A stretch of DNA of 64,000 bases, taken from the IMG/VR virus record IMGVR_UViG_3300035199_000417, positions 893 through 64,892 of that record; one strand, given 5' to 3'. The notes below the pieces were generated by a model. That model had not been told where the DNA came from and did no database searches. It saw nothing but the letters and a program-made list of their open reading frames with translations. This DNA is from a virus. Its lineage: Duplodnaviria; Caudoviricetes. Made by a program: the position numbers and the translations under genes. How positions within the stretch are numbered: the stretch's first letter is position 1; each line of letters starts with the position of its first letter. This document shows, one piece after another, positions 48,201 through 56,091 of this stretch.

Positions 48201-48785
48201 GCGTTGGGCGACGGCCAAACAAGATTCCAAGATCGTGGTAGAGTGGAGACGAGAACCGTATGGGTACTTATTACTATCGTCAATCAGGCCGGGAATGATC
48301 GAGTAGCGGTATCTCAGGGTGTGGGCGGCTGTCGGTGACGGGTATAACAGCACCTCATAAATCTGCTCAATTCCTTCGTTTGTTATCTTTGGCCTTACCG
48401 CACAGTACGAGGGCTCGGTCGCAGTCTGCGCCAGGGTTCCCTGCACAGCGCGAAGCTCCTCTTCGGTCACCAGCTTGATAGGTGCCTGGGTTCCTGTATC
48501 AAAGGTAAAGCCATCGGAATAGAAACCGCCGAAATCCGTGGGGAGGTCATAGGTGCTGGTGTTGGCTGAAATGCCTAGTGTTGCACTTGGCTTCAAAAAG
48601 CTCCAAGAGTGGGCCTCGGCCCCCTGGGCCGGGGTGTACCAGTAGAAGTTACTGAGCCCTGTTATCAGGACATCTTGGACATTTCGAACTAGCTCGGGTT
48701 CCCATTGCTCTGGTTCCCGCGACTGGCCAATAAACCACCCAAGTTCCCGGCGTATGTCGTCATATGTTTTGCTAAGTTCTGACAT
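42291..48785 (-). CDS. head-tail adaptor/ring-like protein made of nine tandem ~235-243-aa units
   Basis: Nine copies of GL..FY...H.WSFL.P...YDLP.DFG...YP.P....TL.Y.Y...P.G...H..TI/LL..CL; lies between the capsid and nozzle genes. Confidence 0.8.
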   Translation of the reverse strand: MSELSKTYDDIRRELGWFIGQSREPEQWEPELVRNVQDVLITGLSNFYWYTPAQGAEAHSWSFLKPSATLGISANTSTYDLPTDFGGFYSDGFTFDTGTQAPIKLVTEEELRAVQGTLAQTATEPSYCAVRPKITNEGIEQIYEVLLYPSPTAAHTLRYRYSIIPGLIDDSNKYPYGSRLHSTTILESCLAVAQRKFLETEEEGGVNHQAEFERCLASSISRDQEFSDGAEGANIWPIEDPQDDLTLDRSDLRQRLGNQLFNKPNPGSWSHDETKEVERVLVAGLSSFYWYTPPEGGETHTWSFLRPSASLSLVANTSTYDLPVDFGGLRLGGFTFESGTQAPIKLVSEGELRTLRGTLAESATEPSYCSIRLKEQSEGFQQIYEASFYPSPTAAHTLKYEYDVIPGFIDEQDIYPRGSRVHSDTILESCLAAGERSGGEPGAHEAEFQKKLMASIRRDGGIPTGETEHIWPTKPDDTGLSLNRLDLRQRIGERLFTKPNPGSWSHDESRKVEQALVAGLSSFYWHTPPEGGEQHSWSFLKPTAYCELIANTDTYALPADFGGIYSNGFTFETGNKTPVKLVTEEELRTIQSTLAQTATEPQYCAIRPKVTVDGFEQFYEAVFYPSPTAANTLRYRYSVIPGLIDDTDVFPYGSRLHSATILAACLAAADQIAGAPGPQEAEFQKALVASIYRDRGLSDEGNRAHIWPMDEMPTGLTLDRFRLRQRIGSLAFDKPSPGSWTHDEKSIVEQILVNGLSNFYWYTSPEGSDESHSWSFLKPAAKLSLLASTDTYDLPVDFGGLESGEFTFDSGTEAPVKLVSEEELRAIRGTLAQTASEPSYCAIRPKAVSEGFEQVHEVVFYPKPTAAHTLKYRYSVIPGFIDNDNVYPLGSRMYSMAILESCLASAQRELGLEGPVNHEAEFQKCLVASIRRDQKFLSIARTSRAWPIEDARTSLTFDRDSLLQRLGHHVFDKPNPGSWSHDEQRRLDQIMVAGLSRFYWFTPTEGTGEHDWSFLNPSKNLSIVSGASAYDLPADFGGLHSKEFTFDSGTQAPIRVVSESELQTLRGTLAQTATAPSYCAIRPKVTSAGSEQVYQAIFYPEPTASHTLRYRYSIIPNFIDSSNIYPYGSRLHSTTILEACLFSADEFLGEKGTHEAEFQKCLVSSILRDKKFSEGDTGAAGIWPIGPDTETLGIDRDGLLQRIGQQMFDLPNPGSWSHDERKQVDLALATGLNDFYWYTPPEGAEAHTWSFLRPSASLSVAADTSTYDLPTDFGGLRLGGFTFESGAQAPIKLVTEEELRTLRGTLSQSANEPSYCSIRLKEPSAGFQQIYEVSFYPSPTAAHTLKYEYDVIPDFIDKQDRFPRGSRLHSITILEACLAASEKILGESGAHEAEFRKHLIASIQRDVALPTGGDSHIWPIKPVDTGLSLNRADLQQRLGDRLFNKPNPGSWSHDEKRRVDLALATGLNNFYWYTSPEGGPSHSWSFLRPSASLSIVASTSTYDLPSDFGGLRLDGFTFTSGTQAPVKLVTERELRTLKGTLAQTAAEPSYCSIRLKEPSEGFQQIYEVSFYPSPTAGHTLKYEYDVIPGFINESDTFPRGSRLHSITILESCLAASDKMLGETGIHEAEFQKNLAASIQRDISLSDGDSGRVWPIEDPISDLAFDRAGLLKRLGHHVFGKPNSGSWSHDETSRLEQILITGLTNFYWYTPVKGAEGHSWSFLSPNASLVTAANTDTYDLPVDFGGLVSDTITFDSGTQAPIKLVTEEDLRSLRSTLAQTATEPSYCAIRPKVVSAGFQQIYEIVFYPKPTAAHTLRYQYDVIPGFINDENAYPYGSRLHSTTILESCLWAADRFLDKTGPHEAEFQRCLAASINRDSKFGDAALGAASGLYAAKIWPIEDTPEDLTLNRKGLLRRVGHAMYSKPNPGGWTHDEKSQIEQAVMDGLRRFYYPMVLPNEREMHRWSFLYPKQTFKCIADTYAYDLPDDFGTFNGPMHFAPGSAVLYPHVEEISESQIEQLRQAGDHTGRTRYFAIRPIIGGEFSGTRYEILLYPVPDQAYTLHYRYETNPRFIVQDQEHPLGGQPHTQTLLEACLMSADLFMKMPRSPHEMPYMQCLQASISYDRQLSSPDTLGRDYDGSDRPSDQFINDIHDADLNLVTYTGYSP

Positions 48786-49099
48786 CAGCTAAGGTTCCTC
48801 TTAACGTGAAATCCTTCAATCTCTGACTTAAATGTTCCAGTGGATAAGATTACCTGTGCCTGCATCTCCCAGTGGCCGACCTCATCCAGGTCACCGGCAA
48901 CCGTCGTGTACTTAATCTTGCCATCAGTTCCAGAGGTGCCGCCGAACTCAGCAGTTTTAGTCACAACCTTGCCGCTAGGTTTCTTGAACGTAATGTATTT
49001 TTCGTTAGAACCGGCAGACTGCACATCCACCACACTGCCTCCATCCTTCATTGTGAGCATGAAGACCGTTCCAATATCGTCCTGATGTATTTCAGCCAT
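48785..49099 (-). CDS. BppU N-terminal-like tail protein
   Basis: DIGTVF...FKKPSG...DGKIKYTTVAGDLDEVGHWEMQAQV...F.V..NL. Confidence 0.7.
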   Translation of the reverse strand: MAEIHQDDIGTVFMLTMKDGGSVVDVQSAGSNEKYITFKKPSGKVVTKTAEFGGTSGTDGKIKYTTVAGDLDEVGHWEMQAQVILSTGTFKSEIEGFHVKRNLS

Positions 49100-49114
49100 G
49101 TCTCTTCCCTCGGA

Positions 49115-49393
49115 TCATCCGTCTGTCACCCTGTTCACCCCCTGGCTAAACGAGGCATCTGTCTCCAGGGAGGCGCTCATATCTGCACACTTTGACGATG
49201 AAACACCCATGTTCACGTCCACCGCAAAGGACTTGGTCATTTCCATGGTGGAGCAAAGGAGTGTGCCGATAGAGACATCAAAGTCGATAACCTCTTCGGT
49301 TGCTACCACCTGTAATTGAAGAAGCAGTTCGCTGCCATCTTGCAGCAGCAAGGAGCCTGTTCCATCCTGTAATAGAATCCCGTCAGCCATCAC
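49115..49393 (-). CDS. small tail-associated protein
   Basis: ILLQDGTGSLLLQDGSELLLQ repeat, seen in fibre-associated proteins. Confidence 0.55.
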   Translation of the reverse strand: MMADGILLQDGTGSLLLQDGSELLLQLQVVATEEVIDFDVSIGTLLCSTMEMTKSFAVDVNMGVSSSKCADMSASLETDASFSQGVNRVTDG

Positions 49394-49411
49394 TAAACAT
49401 CCTGGTCTTCG

Positions 49412-50704
49412 TCAGATTACTTCTTCAATTTCAAATGAGGAGAAAAGATAAGGAGTGGCTGCGTCGTAGTAAACATTTCTAGCCATGCCATACGAGTGGT
49501 AGCCGTAAAGGTCGATATAATCGCCGTCGCTCAAGCTAAGTAATGTCGTTCCAGCGTTGTGACTCCAGGCATCGGCGTGACGGCGAGTTAGCTCTACTAT
49601 GTTGCTGCCGTTCTTGTAAAGGTATGAAATCTGGATGCCATACGTTACGTTTTCCCAAATTAAATTTGCTCCAACACGATAATGACCATCTCGGCGCACA
49701 GTAAATGTAGACGATGCCGCTATGTCGCCAACATCGTACACCTCAGTGCCGGTGGTTATCTTCGCAGTTGTCGCAGTGTTAACTGACTGCGCTGCGGCAT
49801 TCTTCATTTGCGCCTTGCACGGTATGCGGCCATCATGGTCAACAATCCAGGTAGTGTTCGCAACAACGCATCGCAGCTTGATATATTCGCCAGTGATAAA
49901 CAGACGCAGGCTTCCGGTGCTGTGACCCGAAATGGAATCGCCGCCTGCCGCCGCAACAATAAGATCGTAGGTGTCATCGCCGGTAGTAACAGCAATTTCA
50001 ATGACATCGCCCACCGCACAGGTTCCAGGCGTGGTATATGTACGGGTAGCACCGAAACCGGCAGTGCTGCCGAAGTAGGTCGTCTTAACTGCCATCGTTA
50101 CGTTAGCATCGGAAATTGCGGTATAGGTCAGCGATGAGCCGCCTGCGGAGGCTATCGTGACAGTATCACTGCCTGCCGTTGTCGTGATTGTTACGTTTGC
50201 ACCAGCAGCAAGGGTGAGCGTATCGGTAGCAGAATCAGCGACAACATTGTCCTGGCCCGATACGGCTATCGTTTTGAATATGTTGTTATTGCTATTTAGC
50301 AACGTGGAAATACTGGTCAATCCGGTTCCACCGTATCCAGCGGCAACAGTAGTTCCTTGCCAGACTCCAGTTGCAATCGTGCCAACGGCGGTAATCTGTG
50401 TTTGGGAGGCATTAACGGCCAGCACAGAACTTGTTGCAGTAAGGCCAGTACCGGCAAACAGGGTAGCCAAGTCGTGTACGGCTTCCTTTGAGTGTGTGCC
50501 GGTTGCCCCTCCGTCCAAGAAAAGAATATAGTCACCGTTAGCAATGGCAGCTTCGGGCGCTCCGGTCATACAGTTCCCCCAGGTGATATACCTGGACGAA
50601 CCGCTGGCGTGATCCGTCGTAGTGGAAACGTCAACGGCGTACAGAACGTCAGCGGCATCTAACGCTGTGATCGCAGTCAGGGCAGGTAGTCTTGTGTCTG
50701 CCAT
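49412..50704 (-). CDS. tail fibre with C-terminal C1q-like domain
   Basis: T/A/G-rich; GTIATGVWQG, YGGTG, FKTIAVSGQDNVVADSATDTLTL; FTVRRDGHYRV...LSLSDGDYIDLYG. Confidence 0.8.
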   Translation of the reverse strand: MADTRLPALTAITALDAADVLYAVDVSTTTDHASGSSRYITWGNCMTGAPEAAIANGDYILFLDGGATGTHSKEAVHDLATLFAGTGLTATSSVLAVNASQTQITAVGTIATGVWQGTTVAAGYGGTGLTSISTLLNSNNNIFKTIAVSGQDNVVADSATDTLTLAAGANVTITTTAGSDTVTIASAGGSSLTYTAISDANVTMAVKTTYFGSTAGFGATRTYTTPGTCAVGDVIEIAVTTGDDTYDLIVAAAGGDSISGHSTGSLRLFITGEYIKLRCVVANTTWIVDHDGRIPCKAQMKNAAAQSVNTATTAKITTGTEVYDVGDIAASSTFTVRRDGHYRVGANLIWENVTYGIQISYLYKNGSNIVELTRRHADAWSHNAGTTLLSLSDGDYIDLYGYHSYGMARNVYYDAATPYLFSSFEIEEVI

Positions 50705-50716
50705 TTTATACCAGCC

Positions 50717-51496
50717 CTATTGAATAGCCCCGATGTCAGCGACAGTGATCTGGTCTTCGTAATATTCCGCTGGGCCGCTCTCCCCCTCGGGGGTCGCCAT
50801 GATTTTTGTTACCTCTATGTCCTCGTCGGAACCATCCGGGCTAATCTTTACGGTCGTCATGCCGACATAGTTGCCGGTCACAATCTCGCCGTCCTCGCCC
50901 TCGATGTATACCTCTTCGCCCTTACTGATCCTCGACCAATCAACATTGTTATCGAGGTCAATCGTCTCTGGTTCCGCTGGCTCTTCGTAGTCATCCGGTT
51001 CATCGTCGGTGGGATAGTAATTCTTCTCGGCTTCTTCAAACGATGCCGCCAACGGGGAGATGTCCTCTAGTCGTGGATTAGTGGCCTGCTCAAACGGATC
51101 AGACTCCACTATCCTGACCAAATCCGATGTCGTGCGAGTTAACTCGACGATGTGGCCCGGCTCATTGGTCATCTCAATGGCAATCGTTCCACCGGCTACC
51201 TTGCCTCTGTATCTGGCAGGTTGCCACTCACCGTACATCATCACCTCAACCTTAGCCGAGCCGTCCTCCGGTAACGATGACCAGTCCGCAGTCATGGTGA
51301 CCTTTTTCGGAGGCTTCCCCCGGAAGGGGATGCTCAGACGGGCTACCATCTGGATTAGGTGGTCGTAGCCAATAGGCCCCGTCTGGAACATATGGCGAGC
51401 CCTCACTAGCTTGAAGTATTCCTCAGACACCTCGGAAGAAGGGGGGTGCCCCGTTATCTTGACGTACTGCTCGAAGTCTGTCGGGTGAAACTCCAT
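50717..51496 (-). CDS. acidic hypothetical protein with a duplicated small beta domain
   Basis: Two DWS...V...GE....Y.G segments; AAGGAG RBS. Confidence 0.6.
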   Translation of the reverse strand: MEFHPTDFEQYVKITGHPPSSEVSEEYFKLVRARHMFQTGPIGYDHLIQMVARLSIPFRGKPPKKVTMTADWSSLPEDGSAKVEVMMYGEWQPARYRGKVAGGTIAIEMTNEPGHIVELTRTTSDLVRIVESDPFEQATNPRLEDISPLAASFEEAEKNYYPTDDEPDDYEEPAEPETIDLDNNVDWSRISKGEEVYIEGEDGEIVTGNYVGMTTVKISPDGSDEDIEVTKIMATPEGESGPAEYYEDQITVADIGAIQ

Positions 51497-51536
51497 TTGT
51501 TGCTCCTTGCGCGCTATCGGCTGATGTCATTTGCCA

Positions 51537-51872
51537 CTACAACGGTTTGGCGTGGCCGTCCTTAATCATTTGTTGATTGAGATCGGTTCCGTCTTTCCCG
51601 ATGAGAGTGGCCAGGATTCGACCGTACTTTCCAGTCTTGTCCTTTATAGTCTTAACTATAACAGGCGCATGTTCTTGCAACAACACTTCCATGTGCTTGG
51701 TTGCTTCCCATCCCTTGAGCTTTTCCTCCTTGGTTCCACCACGCTTCTCTGGTGCGTTGATAGCATAAAGACGGAGGGTGTGGACTACTGAGATGTGGAA
51801 CCCCAGGTCGATCTGGACGACAACCGTGTCACCGTCAATTACCCGAAGTATTTCGGCCCTATATTCGAACAC
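51537..51872 (-). CDS. thermonuclease (SNase) family protein
   Basis: RVIDGDT, LRLYAINAPE, GKYGRILA, LNQQMIKDGHA. Confidence 0.9.
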   Translation of the reverse strand: MFEYRAEILRVIDGDTVVVQIDLGFHISVVHTLRLYAINAPEKRGGTKEEKLKGWEATKHMEVLLQEHAPVIVKTIKDKTGKYGRILATLIGKDGTDLNQQMIKDGHAKPL

Positions 51873-51885
51873 ATATGTGTTCCTA

Positions 51886-51921
51886 TTAAAAAGGGGAGAG
51901 GTCTCGTCAGACCATCTCCCC
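51886..51921 (-). terminator. rho-independent terminator
   Basis: GGGGAGATGGTCT-GACG-AGACCTCTCCCC followed by a T run on the minus strand. Confidence 0.7.
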
Positions 51922-51964
51922 GGCGCAATTAACCGGGATCAGCGTAAACCCGGCGCAACATAAT

Positions 51965-52816
51965 CTAGTCGATTAACTGAGCGTAGGCCCACCAGTCGAT
52001 ATCCAGGGTTTTATTAGCAGTCACGGTTTTGAGGGTAGCGTTAAACGCCAATTCCTCTCCACTGGGAAACGTAGCCGCATCAACCTGGGTATCAGTGCCG
52101 TATGTTGCATTCTCGGCATTGTCAACATACAGAGAAAGTCGCCTCTCGGGGGGGGCGTCGGGATCGAAAAGAAACCCAATCTTATACCAAGTGTCGGCCA
52201 CTATGGTCTGAATCGCCGCCTTCAAAACCTGGGCCGTCTGCCCCTCTTTCTCGTAAACAAAGTCCAACGCCGTAGGCCCACCAGCATCAACATGAAATCC
52301 AAGGAAATCCTTGTCAGCCAAATTCCCATCAGTATCCGACAGAGTGTTGTTGGCGTCCAACGCCTCTTCAGATAGCCCAATAAAAGCCATCGCACCGGAG
52401 ACTTGGCCGAATCTCACCCTGGCCTCAAAGGCTGTGAGATAAGAAGAGCCGTCATCGGGATGGGTTACCGCCCCAAGCGTTCCAATACCTCCACCTGACG
52501 TAATTGTAGCCTGATGATGAGCAGTGGTATTGGTAGCCAACTGAATGACCCCGCCGTGTTCCGTAGGCAGAGGATTGATACTTGCATCATTCGTCGTCGT
52601 GTCCGTCCAGCAGCCGTAGCCGCCAACGGTAAGCGAATCGGCAGTACCTGGATTGCCTTCAAAGTTCGTGAAGTCGTCACCAACCAGAACGAGCCTTTTG
52701 GTTCCGTCAGAGGCCATCACTGAGCCAGAAACTCGGCTCCAAAGACGAGGGGAAAGACCAGTCGTGTTCTGGCCTACATGATTAGTAAACAAATTGTGCG
52801 GTAAGAAACCAAACAT
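51965..52816 (-). CDS. probable capsid decoration / minor capsid protein (lectin-like beta fold)
   Basis: Directly after the MCP; DDF, FEARV, FIGL, ADTWYKIGF, LDIDW; AGGAGG RBS. Confidence 0.6.
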   Translation of the reverse strand: MFGFLPHNLFTNHVGQNTTGLSPRLWSRVSGSVMASDGTKRLVLVGDDFTNFEGNPGTADSLTVGGYGCWTDTTTNDASINPLPTEHGGVIQLATNTTAHHQATITSGGGIGTLGAVTHPDDGSSYLTAFEARVRFGQVSGAMAFIGLSEEALDANNTLSDTDGNLADKDFLGFHVDAGGPTALDFVYEKEGQTAQVLKAAIQTIVADTWYKIGFLFDPDAPPERRLSLYVDNAENATYGTDTQVDAATFPSGEELAFNATLKTVTANKTLDIDWWAYAQLID

Positions 52817-52855
52817 AGTCTGAACTCCTCCTAAACCACGGAGTTAAAAGTAAAT

Positions 52856-52888
52856 GCTAGGGGCTAGCGAATTTGCTAACCCCTAGCG
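52856..52888 (-). terminator. hairpin after the major capsid gene
   Basis: GCTAGGGG...CCCCTAGC inverted repeat followed by ATTTACTTTT on the minus strand. Confidence 0.5.
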
Positions 52889-52902
52889 GTTATTGGTTAC
52901 TG

Positions 52903-53937
52903 TTACTTGGACCCAACCCACATGGCTCGGCGGTTGTAACAACAATATTGCATCCAGTTATCAATATGAACTTCCCGAACCGTGTGCTGCCGGGCTGCGG
53001 GCTTCGGCGGGTTACGCCGCATGTTCGCGCCTTTCTTCACAACCGGACGGAAGTATTTCCAGTTAACCCCGTACAAGGGATCGTCGGTATCGTTAGATTC
53101 CAGATACGGAACCCACTTAATCGGCACACCACCAATGACCACACTGTTGATGTACTTCGCCACGTCGGCACCGAGATTGTCGTTGCGAGTTTCCGCAAGA
53201 CGTTCCAGCGGTTCCTGCACTCGGTAGGTCGTGTAGATGGCGTGAGAAGGACTAGCGTAGCCCAACTCGGGGTGGGGGACAGGCGGCGTAAAGTTAGTGA
53301 ACGCCAGGGATTTCTTGACCTTTTTGATAAGATCGTCGGACGCTATGGCGCTATACTGGAACGTCCAATTACTGAATCGCGGAAATGTCACACTACTAAC
53401 ATTTGCACAACCAGTAGAGTGAGTAGACGGGTTTCCGCCGTTGAATGCACCACCAGGAGTGGAGGTGTTCTTCTGAAGCCAGAAGGGAACGCCCATGGGA
53501 CGAGTGTCGGTAGTGGACGTAGGAGCCGTCCAAAGATTCTCTTCATTCAACTCTGCCATATCGGACAGAGCGTCATGCTCGCGAATCTTGAGTTCCTTGA
53601 TGATCGTCTCACGATCACTCTGGAACAAGTCCTCGTAGATGTCGTAGCTGAAGTTCGTAGTCTGCATCGCCCACGGCACACTGGCGGTGGTCGTCACATC
53701 CTCGACCTTGGTGATGTCCTGGGCATACATCCCCGTATTACGGGAGTTGCCGGTGTTCTTGTGCTTGATACGGAAGGAAATATCCTTACCGCCGCGCTCC
53801 TGCACGTTCTTCTCGGTGATGATGCCAGACGCAACATACTCCTGATGCTCCAGGCTGATGTCCGTCCACTTGTGCTTCTTAAATAACGAGAGTGTTAGAT
53901 TGACAAAGTCGTCAATTTGAAGGGGTGTCAGTGCCAT
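52903..53937 (-). CDS. major capsid protein
   Basis: 344 aa, GGAGG RBS, downstream of portal and scaffold; GGKDISF, EENLW, PMGVPFW, GVPIKWVPYL, CYNRRA. Confidence 0.8.
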   Translation of the reverse strand: MALTPLQIDDFVNLTLSLFKKHKWTDISLEHQEYVASGIITEKNVQERGGKDISFRIKHKNTGNSRNTGMYAQDITKVEDVTTTASVPWAMQTTNFSYDIYEDLFQSDRETIIKELKIREHDALSDMAELNEENLWTAPTSTTDTRPMGVPFWLQKNTSTPGGAFNGGNPSTHSTGCANVSSVTFPRFSNWTFQYSAIASDDLIKKVKKSLAFTNFTPPVPHPELGYASPSHAIYTTYRVQEPLERLAETRNDNLGADVAKYINSVVIGGVPIKWVPYLESNDTDDPLYGVNWKYFRPVVKKGANMRRNPPKPAARQHTVREVHIDNWMQYCCYNRRAMWVGSK

Positions 53938-54024
53938 TGTAAGCCTCCATGCTTAAGTAATTGACCCACTTCCTTATGGGCCAGGAATTTCGTGTAGTGT
54001 CATCGCCTACACGGCGACGACTGG

Positions 54025-54615
54025 TTATTTACCCTTACCCTTTTGTCTTTGTAATTTTGCCATTCTGGCGTCCCTCTCCATATTCGCCTCTCTTCTGGCT
54101 CGTTGGGCGTCCCCATAGGCTGACGGGCCCAATCCACCCGGAATAATATTTGGTGTCTCCTTACGCTTCTTGGCGGGGGCCTTTGGCGTCGGAGGAGTTT
54201 CAGGAGTTCGAGGAGTTCGAGGAGCCCCAGGCCGCGTTACGTTGGTTATGTTGATATTGGTCCGGGAACCACCTACGCGACCGCCCTTCTTCTTTTTCCT
54301 CTTCGGTGGTTGCAGGTCTGCGATTATGGGCCCGCCAGACTGATTTCCGCCACCGAACTTCGGCGGCTTAGTCGTCGGCTTGGGCTTACTCTTCGGCGGG
54401 CTGGGCTTAACCGCTTCTCTATGTAGCTCATCCGCTGCGCGTTCAGTCCCCGTCTTATCAGACCTCTCCTTTTTATCGGTAATCTTCGGGTGCTTCCGTT
54501 CTAATATGTTTCGAATTTCGCTGCGAGTCTTCTCCTCATTCGTCGGCTTCTTCTTATTGAAATTACCGCCCATTTTCGGGGATGACTTGTAGTAACCTTC
54601 AGTCGGAGTCGGCAT
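54025..54615 (-). CDS. K/R/P-rich basic disordered protein
   Basis: KRKKKKGGRVGG and PRTPRTPETP; between scaffold and MCP. Confidence 0.6.
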   Translation of the reverse strand: MPTPTEGYYKSSPKMGGNFNKKKPTNEEKTRSEIRNILERKHPKITDKKERSDKTGTERAADELHREAVKPSPPKSKPKPTTKPPKFGGGNQSGGPIIADLQPPKRKKKKGGRVGGSRTNINITNVTRPGAPRTPRTPETPPTPKAPAKKRKETPNIIPGGLGPSAYGDAQRARREANMERDARMAKLQRQKGKGK

Positions 54616-54627
54616 AGCTACACTTTC

Positions 54628-55074
54628 CTATCGTTGACCTGGGTTCATCCTTAAGGTATTTAATTGCCGCTGGGCATTCGTTTGAGTTGATTGTAAAGCC
54701 GTGCGCAACTGGGCCCGAGTTACTTTTTGGCGCGCTATCCGTTGGGCTAGGCTCTTTTTGGATTTCCTTCCCCCTCCTTTTGCGCCAAGTCGGCCTAGAA
54801 TGGCATCACGATTCGCAACATACCCTGGGATGGAGTGGGGACTCTGATAACTCGATGGCGATCCTGTAACATTGCCCCCACTGATTATCTGCGATTGGCG
54901 CGATTCGGGCGACTCGTCCATTGGCGTTTGCGGTCTCTTTTGTATTTGCCGATTCCCTCCGCCGAAGAACGACAGGCCCATCATGGCTCTACGCCTCTTC
55001 TCATTCCGATATTGGAGTACCTGACGATCTAAGAGTCCCATTGCTATTCGCTTTATTGCTGAGACTTTTCCCAA
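54628..55074 (-). CDS. basic hypothetical protein
   Basis: R/K/Q-rich; between scaffold and MCP; start uncertain. Confidence 0.55.
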   Translation of the reverse strand: MGKVSAIKRIAMGLLDRQVLQYRNEKRRRAMMGLSFFGGGNRQIQKRPQTPMDESPESRQSQIISGGNVTGSPSSYQSPHSIPGYVANRDAILGRLGAKGGGRKSKKSLAQRIARQKVTRAQLRTALQSTQTNAQRQLNTLRMNPGQR

Positions 55075-56051
55075 AAATCTACGAGTCGTGGGTCGTTGGC
55101 AATATCCTCGGCGTCCTTATCGGCTGATGCCACGGGGGCCTCTTTCCTAGCAGCCGATCCCACCGGACGCCTCCTCTTGGATTGCGTCTGGATGCGACGG
55201 GAAATCTTTTTGGTTTCGTCCTCTTTTATTTCGTCACCAAAAGCGAGCATCATAGCGCGATGAGCCAGCACCTTGTCGCTCGGCAGTTCCGGTTCCTGAC
55301 CGTCCCTCTCCGCGCGGCGATAGATTCCGCTAGTTATCGTATCCATCGCGTTCCATAACTTTTCGCGGTTGGAGTCATGCTCCTTTGATATGTCTTGGTA
55401 TTTCCCATCAGAATATGACAGACCAAACCTTTCCTCGTCTAAGTCGTCCACTAGGTTGTGGAACTCCATGGCTTGAGTAGCTAGAGCCTCACCCTCTTGC
55501 CGTTCTTTAATAGAGGCGATCTCGTCCCTGAGATTCTTGTTGGCTTCCCGCTCCTTAGATGTCGTTTCGTGTTGTTCACGAAACAAATCAAGAACGTCAT
55601 CCTCGTAGCCAGCCTCTCTTAGTTGTTCAATCCGATCCAGGAAGTCTTCGTTAGGGATGTCTTCTTCTGACTCTTCGCTCTCGTCGGTCTCGTCGGCGTC
55701 CTCGGCTCTGCCATCAAGCAGCGACACCGCGCTTAAGAATGACTCCTCATCCTTGAACTCGACAAGCTCGTCATCGGAAATACCATAAGCGTCAGCCACC
55801 TTGATGGTACTTTCCGTTATCCAGTCGTCGCCTACTTCAACCTCTTCTTGATCCTCATCTTCAGCAGACCCTTCAACTTCTTCAGAATCTTCTGAATGAT
55901 CGGGTTCTTCAATATCCTCAGAAACTTCCTCATTCTGGTATTCCTCGCTGTCCGGGTCACCGCCCTGGGCAATAATGAGTTCTCGCTCTGTGAGTTCAAA
56001 CTCGCTGCTTTCCGCAGGCTCGCTGGATTCAACGGATTCGTTTTCTGCCAT
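55053..56051 (-). CDS. capsid scaffolding protein
   Basis: Very acidic N-terminus, coiled coil, basic C-terminal patch; between portal and MCP. Confidence 0.7.
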   Translation of the reverse strand: MAENESVESSEPAESSEFELTERELIIAQGGDPDSEEYQNEEVSEDIEEPDHSEDSEEVEGSAEDEDQEEVEVGDDWITESTIKVADAYGISDDELVEFKDEESFLSAVSLLDGRAEDADETDESEESEEDIPNEDFLDRIEQLREAGYEDDVLDLFREQHETTSKEREANKNLRDEIASIKERQEGEALATQAMEFHNLVDDLDEERFGLSYSDGKYQDISKEHDSNREKLWNAMDTITSGIYRRAERDGQEPELPSDKVLAHRAMMLAFGDEIKEDETKKISRRIQTQSKRRRPVGSAARKEAPVASADKDAEDIANDPRLVDFWEKSQQ

Positions 56052-56091
56052 AATGTATCGCCTCTGGTTATGTTGCTTAATTGCTAATGAA

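Noticed and set aside
42291-48785. CRISPR array or diversity-generating retroelement as the source of the repeats
   Set aside because: Repeats are ~710-nt coding units without spacers; no reverse transcriptase or adenine-specific TR/VR pair seen
48785-50704. In-frame TGA junctions between the fibre gene, the 92-aa gene and the BppU-like gene (also at 40742/40746)
   Set aside because: Downstream genes have their own ATG, with RBS-like sequences at the 49-kb junctions; no nearby Cys motif or SECIS-like hairpin seen, so probably chance
52873-53886. 337-aa plus-strand ORF opposite the major capsid gene, and similar ones such as 31171..31983 and 34093..34755
   Set aside because: Antisense shadows of well-supported minus-strand genes, with no recognisable motifs
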